Positions 13,116-25,751 of a stretch of DNA of 64,000 nucleotides are shown piece by piece (the first letter of the stretch is position 1; every line of letters begins with the position of its first letter). The notes beneath the pieces are model-generated. The model saw only the letters and a program-made list of their open reading frames with translations, did no database searches and was not told where the DNA came from. Position numbers and translations under genes: made by a program. Source of the stretch: Antedon mediterranea (taxonomy: Eukaryota > Animalia > Echinodermata). The DNA lies in contig NC_092672.1 of NCBI RefSeq assembly GCF_964355755.1, positions 34,912,437-34,976,436 on the forward strand, in the 5' to 3' direction.

Positions 13116-16100
13116 TATGGCAAGCCTCAGCTGTCTGAAGTATTCAAAATATTATATTATTATATCATTTTTTTATTATATTATATATTGTATTGTAATG
13201 AATTATACGTTTTGCATTATATTACTTGGTTTTAGCATTATATTATATCTATTTCTAATATATTATGTGAAAAATGTAACAAATTATTGACTTTTTGTAT
13301 TATATTATTTGGTTTTATCATTATATTATGAACATTTAATATTATATTATTAATAAAATACATTATATTATAATATAATTGTATTATATTAAACGCATTT
13401 ACTTTACTTTATAACATACAACATTATTATATTATACGGATTCGTTAGTTATATTATTATTTTGTATGATTTTTATTATACGTCACAGCTTATTTCAGTT
13501 CTTCTAACTCTTTCTCTCCCTCCCCCTGTTCACTAGCAATCAGCGGCCGGCAGAATCTGAATTGTGTGACTGTTGAAGAATAACTACGTACTAGGCCTAG
13601 CCTAGGCCTACTAGGTGATCTAGACAAGTGACCAAGGATCACCGGACAGCTTCAACTAATACTACAATACAATAATACTACTACAATAACTACTGCTGCT
13701 ACTACCTAGGCCTAGCTAGTGAGTAGTAGGTAGCTACTACTAGGCTCTAGGGCGTATGTATGATGTTAACTAATAGGGCCTAGGCTAGGCCTAGTAGAGG
13801 CCTACTAGTACTAGGCTAGGCCTAGACTTAAGTTGTAGTAGGCTAGGGCCGGGCCTGCTGCCTTAGGCTAGGCTACTACTACTACTACTACTACTAGGCA
13901 GCCCATGATGGGTACGAGTAAGCCAAAATTTTGGATATATGTAAACCAAAATTTGGGTACGAGCGTGTTGGCATGGCATGGGTACGCGTTGACCTGTATC
14001 CTTCTAGCTAATCGTACTATGCCTAGGCCTCAATTAAGTCTACGCTACCCAGTCCGGCTACAATATGGTCTATTTTGTTTTATAGCTTTATTGATAGCTG
14101 GGTTCAAATCTGGGTTGGGACGGCTTTTTCTCATTCTAAAACAGATTTCCTTATCATAATAAAATAATATATGAATTTATTTGTAATATTGTAATGTATA
14201 CATAATATAAGTAATTCCATTGCCTTTATTACTATTAATTATGTATTATACGGTTACCCCTTAATTATACTATAGTATAATTTCCTTGTTATATTTTACA
14301 ATATTTTCTTCCTAATTCTACAATTTTGTCTTTCACAGCACAAATTTATCATACTGAATCATCACACACCAAGTCTCATAAATCTCTACTGTATTTGTCC
14401 AAGCTACTCCAGCTACATGGTATTGCCTTGAGGCTAAACTACACGGTATACTGGCACTACCATCATTCCTGGCTCGTCAACCTGTACCACATAAGCACAG
14501 TTTCAGTTTCAGTTTATTTACCATTTCAATTTCTGAACATAAGAGATGAACAACTTATATGGATGGATAACCGTAAGAGCGAAGCTTGTTTACCGGTCAC
14601 CCGTTAGTGCAGTGACATTACAGAAAACATAAAGACAGGACAAAGGTGCAATACTTAACAAGACATGTGAACACTTGTGTTTGCAACCCCTTGGATAAAA
14701 TAATATATTTATATAAAGGAGAAAGTTAGATATTATAATATTTCTTTTTGATCATACAATGATAATTTTTAAATTACTTCTTAAGAAGTCATACTACTGA
14801 TTCAAAATAGTGACTTACACCCTGTGGTCAAGGCTTTATTTGCTCTTATGCTTATTTCCTCCAACATACAGAGTACATAGGACTTTTTTTATTCATAACT
14901 GTTGAATTGTTTCCCAATACATAGTACCTATTGGTATTATATCTAAAAATACAAAGGCGGCTAACACAGATAGTTCCATATATACAGTACTCTTTTATAG
15001 ATAAATGTATCTCTCCAAACTACTCCCAACTACCTAATCTAATAATAGTACTATTAGCATACTACTATACACTTTGTAGACAAGAAATAAGTTGTATACA
15101 CCTACAGGACTTATGGTAGTACAGTCGATCGCCCTCTCACTGGCCCGGTCAACATAATCTATACCTAGATTATTACAGTAATTAAAGTACATTACTACAG
15201 AGTTTTGTTTTTTTTTGCAGAAATCAAAGTTATGTGTATAGAAAGCAGTACTCGTATTAAAAACTAAGCAGGTTGCAGGTCTTGAATGCAAACTGGCAGG
15301 ATATTTTGAATATTTTTTGTTGTTGAAATGATGGAATCCTAACTTCAATTTCCACGAACTGGAGACGAAGACATATTATTACCCTTTTATTTAAATTTAT
15401 TTGAATAGACCTCCATGTAAAGTCATTAAAGGCTACATGATTGTTTTATATTTTAATATGTGATAGTAGGAAATCATTGTGTATAATGAGGACTATGAAT
15501 CTGATATTTACTTGCATTCTTATCTTTTTAAAATATTATTTATAATGCCGGTAATGAGTTTAAAATTTAATTATATTGACTATTTTTGATAATCATCATG
15601 TCCTTATAAATTCATTTATACTTTTTTTGTGTAATATAGTTCATATATTATGTATTAAATAAATTGGTAAGGCCCTATACTGTTATTATTTAAGGAAAGT
15701 TTATATACACTATTATTTTATGCCTACCAATATTAGTATTAATTGTTTATGTAAATATTTTGTCTAATTGCCTTGATTTTTGTATAGGCCAATGGCATCA
15801 ATGTTTTTCTCAAAGCAAATTAGCCAAATAATGCCACATTTAGACACATGATTCATTGATTTCTGATATTCTGTACTTGTGTATGCATTACTAAAATAGT
15901 AGTTAATATATTTCATTTATAATGTATGTATAAACATATATTCATATTTTTTAAAACATTTTTTAATTTAAAAGTTATTACAATACCTATCTACCTTTCT
16001 GATATTATTACTATTATATAATATTCTTTGAGGCAGCAATAAAAAAAAAATTAGAACAATTTATTTGACTTATACTGTACTATGTTAGTTCAGAAGATGA

Positions 16101-19100
16101 AGTGTGTGTGGGCAGAAACTAGTGTGTTGGAGGTTGGTGGTGTGAGGTGTATAGTTGTCATTTTAAGACCTAAATTAGATGTTTTCTGAAGAAAAGAAGT
16201 AACCGCATACGCTTTCAAACAACTCCAAGAAGATTCACACAAAAATAATTACTTTCCAATAAAGTAGTATAACAGTGTATATTACAGTACATTGAATAAA
16301 CTCGAGCGGAATAATAACGCACATAAAAAACATTCATTTTCTTTTCGAAAAGTGCCCTCTCTAGTTTTCTATTAATTTATTAATAATTATTATTAATTAA
16401 TGAGTAATATGAACATATTTTTAACATTCAATGCTGGAAGCTGGTTCTGCTCCTAACAAAGTTTCATATCTCCAAATTTCATTAACGTATTCAAAGCACT
16501 TCAATATTAAATATCACATTTAACATAAAAATTCGGGTTTTGGATAGAATTTTGCTTAAAAACATATACAAAAAACATCGATAAAAAATACTTTTCGTAT
16601 TCAAAAACATTTGATACTTGGTATAAATGTTCACTATAGGTTGTTCTATTCACAGAAAAAAAATGCATTCATGAACGTTTTTTGTTGGTTGTTTTTTCAA
16701 AATAGTTATTACCGGTAGCTTGAAAAAAATGAGTTGGAATTGTATGGTCTTTCATAAGTGTACATTTTGTAAAAACGTAAATTTAAAAAATCAGTGATAT
16801 GGCTTGATAGTTACTTTTTGTTTGCAATATGGATGGAGCAACCTATATTGAACATTTATACCAAGTATCAAATGTTTTTGAATACGAAAAGTATTTTTTA
16901 TCGATGTTTTTTGTATATGTTTTTAAGCAAAATTATATCCAAAACCTGAATTTGTAATGTTAAATGTAATTTATTTAAGTGGTTTGAATACGTTGATGAA
17001 ATTTGGAGATATGAAACTTTGTTAGGAGTAGATACAGTTTCCAGCATTAAATGTTAAAAATATGTTTATATTACTCATTAATTGATAATAATTATTAATA
17101 AATTAATAGAAAACTAGAGAGGGCACTTTTCGACAAGAAAATGAATGTTTTTATGTGCGTTATTATTCCGCTCGAGTTTATTCAATGTACTGTAATATAC
17201 ACTCTTATACTATTTTATTGGAAAGTAATTATTTTTGTGTGAATCTTCTTGGAGTTGTTTGAAAGCGTATCCGCTTACTTCTTTTCTTCAGAAAACATCT
17301 AATTTAGGTCTTAAAGTGACAACTATACACCTCACACCACCAACACACTAGTTTCTGCCCACACACACTTCATCTCCTGAACTAACATAGTACAGTATAA
17401 GTCAAATAAATGTTTTAATTTTTTTTTATTGCTGCCTCAAAAAATATTATATAATAGTAACAATATCAGAAAGGTAGATAGGTATTGTAATAAATTTTAA
17501 ATTTAAAAATGTTTAAAAAAATATGAATATATGTTTATACATACATTATAAATGAAATATATTAACTACTATTTTAGTAATGCATACACAAGTACAGAAT
17601 ATCAGAAATCAATGAATCATGTGTCTAAATGTGGCATTATTAGGCTAATTTGCTTTGAGAAAAACATTGATGCCATTGGCCTATACAAAAATCAAGGAAA
17701 TTAGACCAAATATTGACATAAACAATTAATACTAATATTGGTAGGCATAAAATAATAGTGTATATAAACTTTCCTTAAATAATAACAGTATAGGGCCTTA
17801 CCAATTTATTTAATACATAATATATGAACTATATTACACAAAAAAAGTATAAATGAATTTATAAGGACATGATGATTATCAAAAATAGTCAATATAATTA
17901 AATTTTAAACTCATTACCGGCATTATAAATAATATTTTAAAAAGATAAGAATGCAAGTAAATATCAGATTCATAGTCCTCATTATACACAATGATTTCCT
18001 ACTATCACATATTAAAATATAAAACAATCATGTAGCCTTTAATGACTTTACATGGAGGTGTATTCAAATAAATTTAAATAAAAGGGTCATAATATGTCTT
18101 CGTCTCCAGTTCGTGGAAATTGAAGTTAGGATTCCATCATTTCAACAACAAAAAATATTCAAAATATCCTGTCAGTTTGCGTTCAAGACCTGCAACCTGC
18201 TTAGTTTTTAATACGAGTACTGCTTTCTATACACATAACTTTGATTTCTGCAAAAAAAAAAAACAAACTCTGTAATAATGTACTTTAATTACTGTAATAA
18301 TCTAGGTATAGATTATGTTAACCGGGCCAGTGAGAGGGCGATCGACTGTACTACCATAAGTCCTCTAGTAGTGTATACAACTTATTTCTTGTCTACAAAG
18401 TGTATAGTAGTATGCTAATAGTACTATTATTAGATTAGGTAGTTGGGAGTAGTTTGGAGAGATACATTTATTTATAAAAGAGTACTGTATATATGGAACT
18501 ATCTGTGTTAGCCGCCTTTGTATTTTTAGATATAATACCAATAGGTACTATGTATTGGGAAACAATTCAACAGTTATGAATAAAAAAAGTCCTATGTACT
18601 CTGTATGTTGGAGGAAATAAGCATAAGAGCAAAGAAAGCCTTGACCACAGGGTGTAAGTCACTATTTTGAATCAGTAGTATGACTTCTTAAGAAGTAATT
18701 TAAAAATTATCATTGTATGATCAAAAAGAAATATTATAATATCTAACTTTCTCCATTATATAAATATATTATTTTATCCAAGGGGTTGCAAACACAAGTG
18801 TTCACATGTCTTGTTATTGCACCTTTGTCCTGTCTTTATGTTGTCTGTAATGTCACTGCACTAACGGGTGACCGGTAAACGAGCTTCGCTCTTACGGTTA
18901 TCCATCCATATAAGTTGTTCATCTCTTATGTTCAGAAATTGAAATGGTAAATAAACTGAAACTGTGCTTATGTGGTACAGGTTGACGAGCCAGGAATGAT
19001 GGTAGTGCCAGTATACCGTGTAGTTTAGCCTCAAGGCAATACCATGTACCGTAGCTGGAGTAGCTTGGACAAATACAGTAGAGATTTATGAGACTTGGTG

Positions 19101-20350
19101 TGTGATGATTCAGTATGATAAATTTGTGCTGTGAAAGACAAAATTGTAGAATTAGGAAGAAAATATTGTAAAATATAACAAGGAAATTATACTATAGTAT
19201 AATTAAGGGGTAACCGTATAATACATAATTAATAGTAATAATGGCAATTACTTATATTATGTATAAATTACAATATTACAAATAAATTCATATATTATTT
19301 TATTATAAGGAAATCTGTTTTAGAATGAGAAAAAGCCGTCCCAACACAGATTTGAACCCAGCTATCAATAAAGCTATAAAACAAAATAGACCATATTGTA
19401 GCCGGACTGGGTAGAGTAGACTTACTTGAGGCCTAGGCATAGTACGATTAGCTAGAAGGATACAGGTCAACCCGTACCCATGCCATGCCAACACGCTCGT
19501 ACCCAAATTTTGGTTTAAATATATCCAAAATTTTGGCTTACTCGTACCCATCATGGGCTGCCTAGTAGTAGTAGTAGTAGTAGTAGCCTAGCCTAACTAA
19601 GGCAGCAGGCCCGGCCCTAGCCTACTACAACTTAAGTCTAGGCCTAGTCTAGTACTAGTAGGCCTCTAGGCCTAGCCTAGGCCCTACCTAGTAGTTAACA
19701 TCATACATACGCCCTAGAGCCTAGTAGTAGCTACCTACTACTCACTAGCTAGGCCTAGGTAGTAGCAGTAGTAGTTATTGTAGTAGTATTATTGTATTGT
19801 AGTATTAGTTGTAGCTGTCCGGTGATCCTTGGTCACTTGTCTAGATCCCCTAGTAGGCCTAGGCTAGGCCTAGTACGTAGTTATTCTTCAACAGTCACAC
19901 AATTCAGATTCTGCCGGCCGCTGATTGCTAGTGAACAGGGGGAGGGAGAGAAAGAGTTAGAAGAACTGAAATAAGCCGTGACGTATAATAAACATCATAC
20001 AAAATAATAATATAACTAACGAATCCGTATAATATAATAATGTTGTATGTTATAAAGTAAAGTAAATGCGTTTAATATAATACAATTATATTATAATATA
20101 ATGTATTTTATTATTACTAATATAATATTAAATGTTCATAATATAATGCTAAAACCAAATAATATAATACAAAAAGTCAATAATTTGTTACATTTTTCAC
20201 ATAATATATTAGAAATAGATATAATATAATGCTAAAACCAAGTAATATAATGCAAAACGTATAATTCATTACAATACAATATATAATATAATAGAAAATG
20301 ATATAATAATATAATATTTTGAATACTTCAGACAGCTGAGGCTTGCCATA
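13116..20350. mobile_element. 7.2-kb foldback (giant inverted-repeat) non-autonomous element, arms ~13116-16650 and ~16832-20350, ~180-bp spacer
   Basis: Starts TATGGCAAGCCTCAGCTGTCTGAAG and ends CTTCAGACAGCTGAGGCTTGCCATA. Reverse-complement match traced along the arms. Flanked by direct repeat GGGTGC (13110-13115, 20351-20356). No long ORF. Confidence 0.92.
13585..13902. repeat. TAGGCCTA/CTA low-complexity tract inside the foldback arm (mirror copy ~19555-19880)
   Basis: Many TAGGCCTA, CTAG and (CTA)n units. Confidence 0.8.
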
Positions 20351-20705
20351 GGGTGCACTATTTGTAATTCTTTAAGATACAGATAACTCGATATTTTAAT
20401 AAGCTTTGGTATCGTCCACAATAAACATTTCACATTTTATTATGTTCAATTAGTGAACTATGTACATTAATTTTTTTCTGGATGTATATCTTTTTTCAAT
20501 TATTGGCAACCCTATAATATACTGGTAATCAATTTACCGTACATGTACAGATTAAGGCTCAAATCTTAAAAAACAAACTTGAGTTTGAGTATTTTCAAAT
20601 AGGCCTATATAAATGTAAGTATATCCTTAATTATTTTTTTTTATGACTATTATGAAACATTTAAAATTTTGTTAACTAGAGATCAACGAAGATGCGGTTT
20701 GATTT

Positions 20706-20756
20706 GATTTCCGAAACGCATTTTATGATATCTGGGGAAGGAAAAAGAAATGCTAA
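20706..20756 (+). pseudogene. GPCR 3'-end fragment (DFRNAFYDIWGRKKKC*)
   Basis: Matches the end of copy B and is followed by the standard spacer. Confidence 0.85.
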
Positions 20757-21215
20757 TTAAAATATACGACAAAGGTTAATTAAAATAAAAAGTGTATAGC
20801 ATGGTATAAACGAGGATCTCGAGTACACCAGCAGTGAATTCAACTGATACTATGTCAATGGCGGCCATGTTTTCAGATGATTTTAGATAGCACACAGGAA
20901 TTTCTCGCACAAAGGACAGAAGCCGCATCCGTAGACGACATTAATAATTTGAATAAAAGTCAATATATTTGTTATAATTTGAAAACGTGTTGCAATGAAG
21001 TTGAAGTGGTTTTATGATAATAATAATAATACTGTAGGAGACCTAGAGTAATTATAAAATCACAAGAACAATCAATGATTGTGAGACTTGGAGTTAATAA
21101 ACTCTTCATCAATGACAGTAAGTTCAGTATGTTTAATGAAATATCAATTCGTCAAGCGTTTCATAAAACAGGGAATGATCAACACATTTGATGGACCGAA
21201 TACTTTTACAAGTTT

Positions 21216-22269
21216 TTTTTTTTTTTATCTTATGTGGGTTCATCCCACTCTTTTTTCCATACAACTGTTCTCTTTACATATATTTTTCACTATACACTAT
21301 ACATATCATTATATTTACAATGTTTGTTTAATCATCTGTTTACATATACTTATTTAAAGCGTTTTATTCATTTGTTTACATATTATCACATTGATTACAT
21401 AGCTTCCTCTTTTTATACATATTATCTGTAACACATTTTCATTAACAAGCTTATTTTTTTCTTACATAGTTGTTTTTTTTTTTCATCTACCACATTTTCA
21501 TTTAACAATGCATATATTCTCTGTTATACTCATTACTTACTAAATGTTTACTGTTAACATAATATTGTTCTCATCCTTTAACATTTATATTAATATTTTT
21601 GTTCTTTAATGTTTACAAAACTTTTAATTCTTAAATTTCCATTTAACTTTTTTACTTTCTTCTCTTATGTGGATTCATTCCACTTTTTTTTTTACTTTTT
21701 TTCTTTAAAAAAAAAAAACTATTTCCATATATTATTTTGTTTATACATACATTATCATTTAACCACATTGATTACATAGTTTCCTCTTTTTATACATATT
21801 ATCTATAACACATTTTCATTAACAAAGCTTATTTTTTCTTACATAGTTGTTTTTGGTTTATTTTCATATACATATTTATTTCATACAATTATAATACGTT
21901 TATGTTTAATAAATCCATCCCATGGGTTTGTCCCATTTTATTTTTCTTTGGATTTATCTATGCAAACATATTTTCATTTAAACAATGCATATTCTCTGTT
22001 ATACTAATTACTTACTAACTTTTTACTGTTAACATTATATTTTCCTCATCTTTTAACGTTGATTTTTTTTATCTTTAAATGTTTACAAAATTTATTTCCA
22101 ACTTTTTTGCATCTACAGTATAACCCATCAAAGTTTCATTTAACTTTTTTTTTCTTATGTGGGTTCATTAATTTTTTTTTTTTTTTACTTATTATTTATT
22201 CTATTATTTTTTTATACATACATTATCATTTAACAACATTTATGTTTAATGATCCATTAAAAAAATTAA
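21216..22269 (-). mobile_element. T-rich non-coding insertion of ~2.3 tandem ~430-490-bp units, probably retroposed (L1 3' UTR or SINE-like)
   Basis: Interrupts the spacer after TACAAGTTT and begins with poly(T). Internal duplications (21388-21471 versus 21763-21849; 21510-21585 versus 21988-22060). About 70-90 bp of spacer is missing at the site. Confidence 0.65.
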
Positions 22270-22456
22270 TGCTGGTGCGTTCTATACATTGTCAATGAAT
22301 TCCTTGTAATACTGTTTCTGAAAACTTCAACTGTGCTGTAACGTGATTCGGTGGACAATTTTCTCACGTTCTACTTGTTTAAAGGTTCTACGAAAGACTA
22401 AATATCGTATCTTCATTTACAAGTGAGTGTCGCCATTCGTCACTGCAAGTTTTACA

Positions 22457-22728
22457 ATGAATATCTCTACCAATGACTCATCTTGTAGATCCGTTACTGA
22501 GTATACTGAAATGCTCTATGAATACGCACTTACAGCTATCATACCAGTGACTGCAATCATTTGTATCTCTATTCTTGCAATTTAGCGTTTATAAACACAG
22601 TGACAAATCCAGTTATCTACTGGTTTAATTTACCCAATTTTCGAGAAGCAGTTTATGAAATTTGTGGAAAAAACAAAAAGTCATCCACGGTAGCTTTAAA
22701 TAATTTCCCCAAAAACACGAACATATAA
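22457..22728 (+). pseudogene. Deletion chimera: 5' end of an A/B/C-type GPCR fused out of frame to the 3' end of a D-type GPCR
   Basis: MNISTNDSSCRSVTEY...IIC up to ~22566, then CTATTCTTGCAATTTAGCG, which matches 10191 onward. Confidence 0.85.
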
Positions 22729-23237
22729 AACATTCTATAAACAATGACAGTGAGGCATACTAGTCGTCACAGCAATTCAAACGAAAAGAAAGGATTCAAC
22801 TTCTATAAAAGAGACAAAAATTGATTTAGGACTTATTTCGTCAAATCCTGACACTCAATCAAACACTCGATGCCAAGAAAATTAATAAAAATACCGAAGA
22901 CTTAATAATAACGTCAACCATGATTGACAAAGAGGTTTTTAATAAACATTGAATCTTGGTGGATAGTAATGCACTTCAAACTAATCATTACGCATGTATT
23001 ATTATAACTGAGTAAAATTATGTACTTATTCGCATAATGTTTGTTGCAACTCTGCTTGTGCCGTATGATGTCATTGAAACCGTAGTACTAGTATGTATTG
23101 AAAGTATATAGACGAAGTAAAGCAAGCTTAAATTCTACATCTGAACACAACGTCGGGAATTGTCTAAAGATGGCCATGTTCTCTCTTATAACTAAATTAT
23201 CTTGAGAAGAATTGGGAGCATGTTGGGTGAGTTTATA

Positions 23238-23378
23238 AGGTTGATCACAAATAGCGTGCGTGACGCATGGTGGGAATGGTTTGGGAGCAAACGTCACGAT
23301 GCGTACGTACGTGATCTGTTTTCCCACAATACATTGTGCAGTGACGTTCCTCGCGTAATCAAGCTATTTGCGATAACC
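23238..23378. mobile_element. Second, more decayed copy of the palindromic MITE, upstream of GPCR F
   Basis: Homologous to 10760-10910 in the same flanking context. Confidence 0.6.
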
Positions 23379-23742
23379 ATCCAATGTGCAACTGTTTTAG
23401 ACGTAAATTACGTTTTTTCTAATGAGATAGGTGAAGAAAACTTCGAAAAAAAGAGTTAAAGGGTTATCTATAACATTTCTTAACATTTAAATTCTTATGG
23501 AAACATCTATTTGCTGAGAAACTAATTTTAAAAAGTTGTGTTTTAACAGAACTATTTGATGCTAAACGAAGTATGGATAATCTCAAAAGATTGATTGTTA
23601 AACCTAATACAGAAGATTTTGAATATTTGTACTTTATCACTGTATGCTGTAACTGATGACGTAGGCCTACGGTAGACAATTCTTACGGTGCACTTCTGAA
23701 TATCTCTATACTTCAATGATATTTTAATAATCAAGTTTTACA

Positions 23743-24615
23743 ATGAATATCTCCACCAATAATTCATCTTGTAAATCCGTTTCTGAGTATACTGAAATGT
23801 TTTATGAATACGCACTTACAGCTATCATACCAGTGGTTTCAGTAATTTGTATTTTGATTGTGCTTTTAAATGGTATTGCAATATTTGTAATTCTTAGATC
23901 TAAGAAACTGCGAAAGAAACACAATTTTTTCATCGTATCTTTGGCATTTGCAGATTGTGCAAACGGACTTGGATATTGCATATATGTCATTTTATTTATA
24001 TTTCATCAGAGTAAAAATAATGTTAGTGATTGGTTCTTGACGTCGATCATTTTTACGTCAATGCTTAACGTAAATTGCGTTGCTGTCGATCGTTATATTG
24101 CGTTAGTATACGCTCCTTTACGTTACGCTGTTGTCGTAACAATTAAACGTCAGTTGACCGTTTGCGCTGCGATTTGGATTGGTCCAATTTTTATTATGTG
24201 TGTCTTGTATTACATTACTTTTTTTATTTCGTTAATAATAGCGGTAATTGTTCTCATAGTTTTAATAATAACTGTTTGTCTTTATTTTAAAATTTATAAA
24301 TGTATTTCCAAATCAGATCATTATATCGCTTCAATGAATATTTCAAACGCAAAGAAGTCCAGAAAATTACTAAAAACCTGCTTAACAATAACAATCCTGT
24401 ATTGTCTTCTCTGGTTGCCATATCTTGTAATAAGTTGTCTTGTTTTTATACCAGGGTTAGCATGTTCCCTTGGTATATTACTTACATATATGAATTTCTT
24501 TTCTGGAAGTCTGGTTTTTATAAATTCTTTGACGAATCCTCTAATATATTGGTATAATTTACCGGATTTCCGAAACTCATTTTATGATATTTGTGGAAGA
24601 AAAGAGAGATGTTAA
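23743..24615 (+). CDS. Intact intronless rhodopsin-class GPCR copy F (290 aa)
   Basis: Complete 7TM ORF with SLAFAD, VDRY, LWLP, NPLIY. Confidence 0.93.
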   Translation: MNISTNNSSCKSVSEYTEMFYEYALTAIIPVVSVICILIVLLNGIAIFVILRSKKLRKKHNFFIVSLAFADCANGLGYCIYVILFIFHQSKNNVSDWFLTSIIFTSMLNVNCVAVDRYIALVYAPLRYAVVVTIKRQLTVCAAIWIGPIFIMCVLYYITFFISLIIAVIVLIVLIITVCLYFKIYKCISKSDHYIASMNISNAKKSRKLLKTCLTITILYCLLWLPYLVISCLVFIPGLACSLGILLTYMNFFSGSLVFINSLTNPLIYWYNLPDFRNSFYDICGRKERC

Positions 24616-24676
24616 ATAAGTTACAATAAGATACCGAACTATACAGACTTTGTTTTATAAAAATGACAATATATTT

Positions 24677-24758
24677 TAATCCTCTAATATATTGGTATAA
24701 ATTACCGGATTTCCGAAACTCATTTTATGATATCTGGGGAAGGAAAAAAAATTGCTAA
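24677..24758 (+). pseudogene. GPCR 3'-end fragment (copy C-like)
   Basis: NPLIYWYKLPDFRNSFYDIWGR matches 8833-8910 and is followed by the spacer. Confidence 0.85.
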
Positions 24759-25386
24759 TTAAAATATACGACAAAGGTTAAAATTAAAGTGTATAGGCCT
24801 ATCATGGTATAAACGAGGATCTCGAGTACACTAGCAGTGAAGTCAACTGATACTATTTCAATGACGGCCATGTTTTTTCAGATGATTTTAGATTGCACAC
24901 ATGAATTTCTCGCACAAAGGCAGAAGCCGCCGCCGTAGACGACATTAATAATTGGAACAAAAGTAAATATATTTGTTATAATTTGAAAACGTGTTGCAAC
25001 AAAGTTGAAGTGGTTTTATAATAATAATAATACTGAGGAGCCCTAAAGTAATTATAAAACCGCAAGAACAATATATGATTGTCAGACTTGGAGCTAATAA
25101 ACTCTTCATCAAAATGACAGTGAGTTCAGTATATTTTTAATGAAATATCAAGAATTATTAGACTTAAATTTCATTAGACGTAAAACACTGGTCAATTAAG
25201 ACAACATGGAATGATCAACACACGTTTACAAGTTTATTCAATCGACTTATTAAACGGACCGAATTTTCAACAACATTGGAAAGTGTACGGTGTTGATTTT
25301 ACTTTTCTTTGCTGGTGCGCGTTATAGTTGCTACATTGTCAATGAATGTTTATATTGCTTGCAATACTGTTTCTGACAATTTAACC

Positions 25387-25666
25387 TATTTTTGAAGGCG
25401 CTAAAACTGCAGTAATTATCGTAGTTTCGATAATTTGCACTTTGATTTTAGCTCTGAACGGTGTTGTTATCTTTGTCATTTTACGAACAAAAGTTCTTCG
25501 AATGAAACGCACTGATTTCATCGTGTCTTTGGCGTTTGCGGATCGTGCAAATGGATTAATTATTAATTATATTAGAAGCCCTGTAAATGTGTTAATGCCG
25601 CCAATACTCTTGATATAACTTTTAAACGTAACTGGTGTTGCGCTGGACCGTTATATCGCGTTAGTC
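25387..25666 (+). pseudogene. D-type GPCR fragment (TM1-TM3)
   Basis: Homologous to 9524-9800; retains GACCGTTAT (DRY); truncated ~85 bp before copy G. Confidence 0.8.
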
Positions 25667-25751
25667 AAACCTGGTTAACGAACGCCAAATTAAAACTTTC
25701 AACGGATATTCGAAAGAATAACGCAAATAGGTCAAAAGTGAAACTTTTAAA

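Noticed and set aside
13905-14159. 84-aa ORF and its mirror at 19303..19554 as a transposase or gene pair
   Set aside because: No recognisable motif; the duplication simply follows from the inverted repeat.
13116-20350. Palindrome as a sequencing fold-back artefact
   Set aside because: The TSD, the unique central spacer and non-homopolymer differences between arms argue that it is real; spanning reads are still needed for proof.
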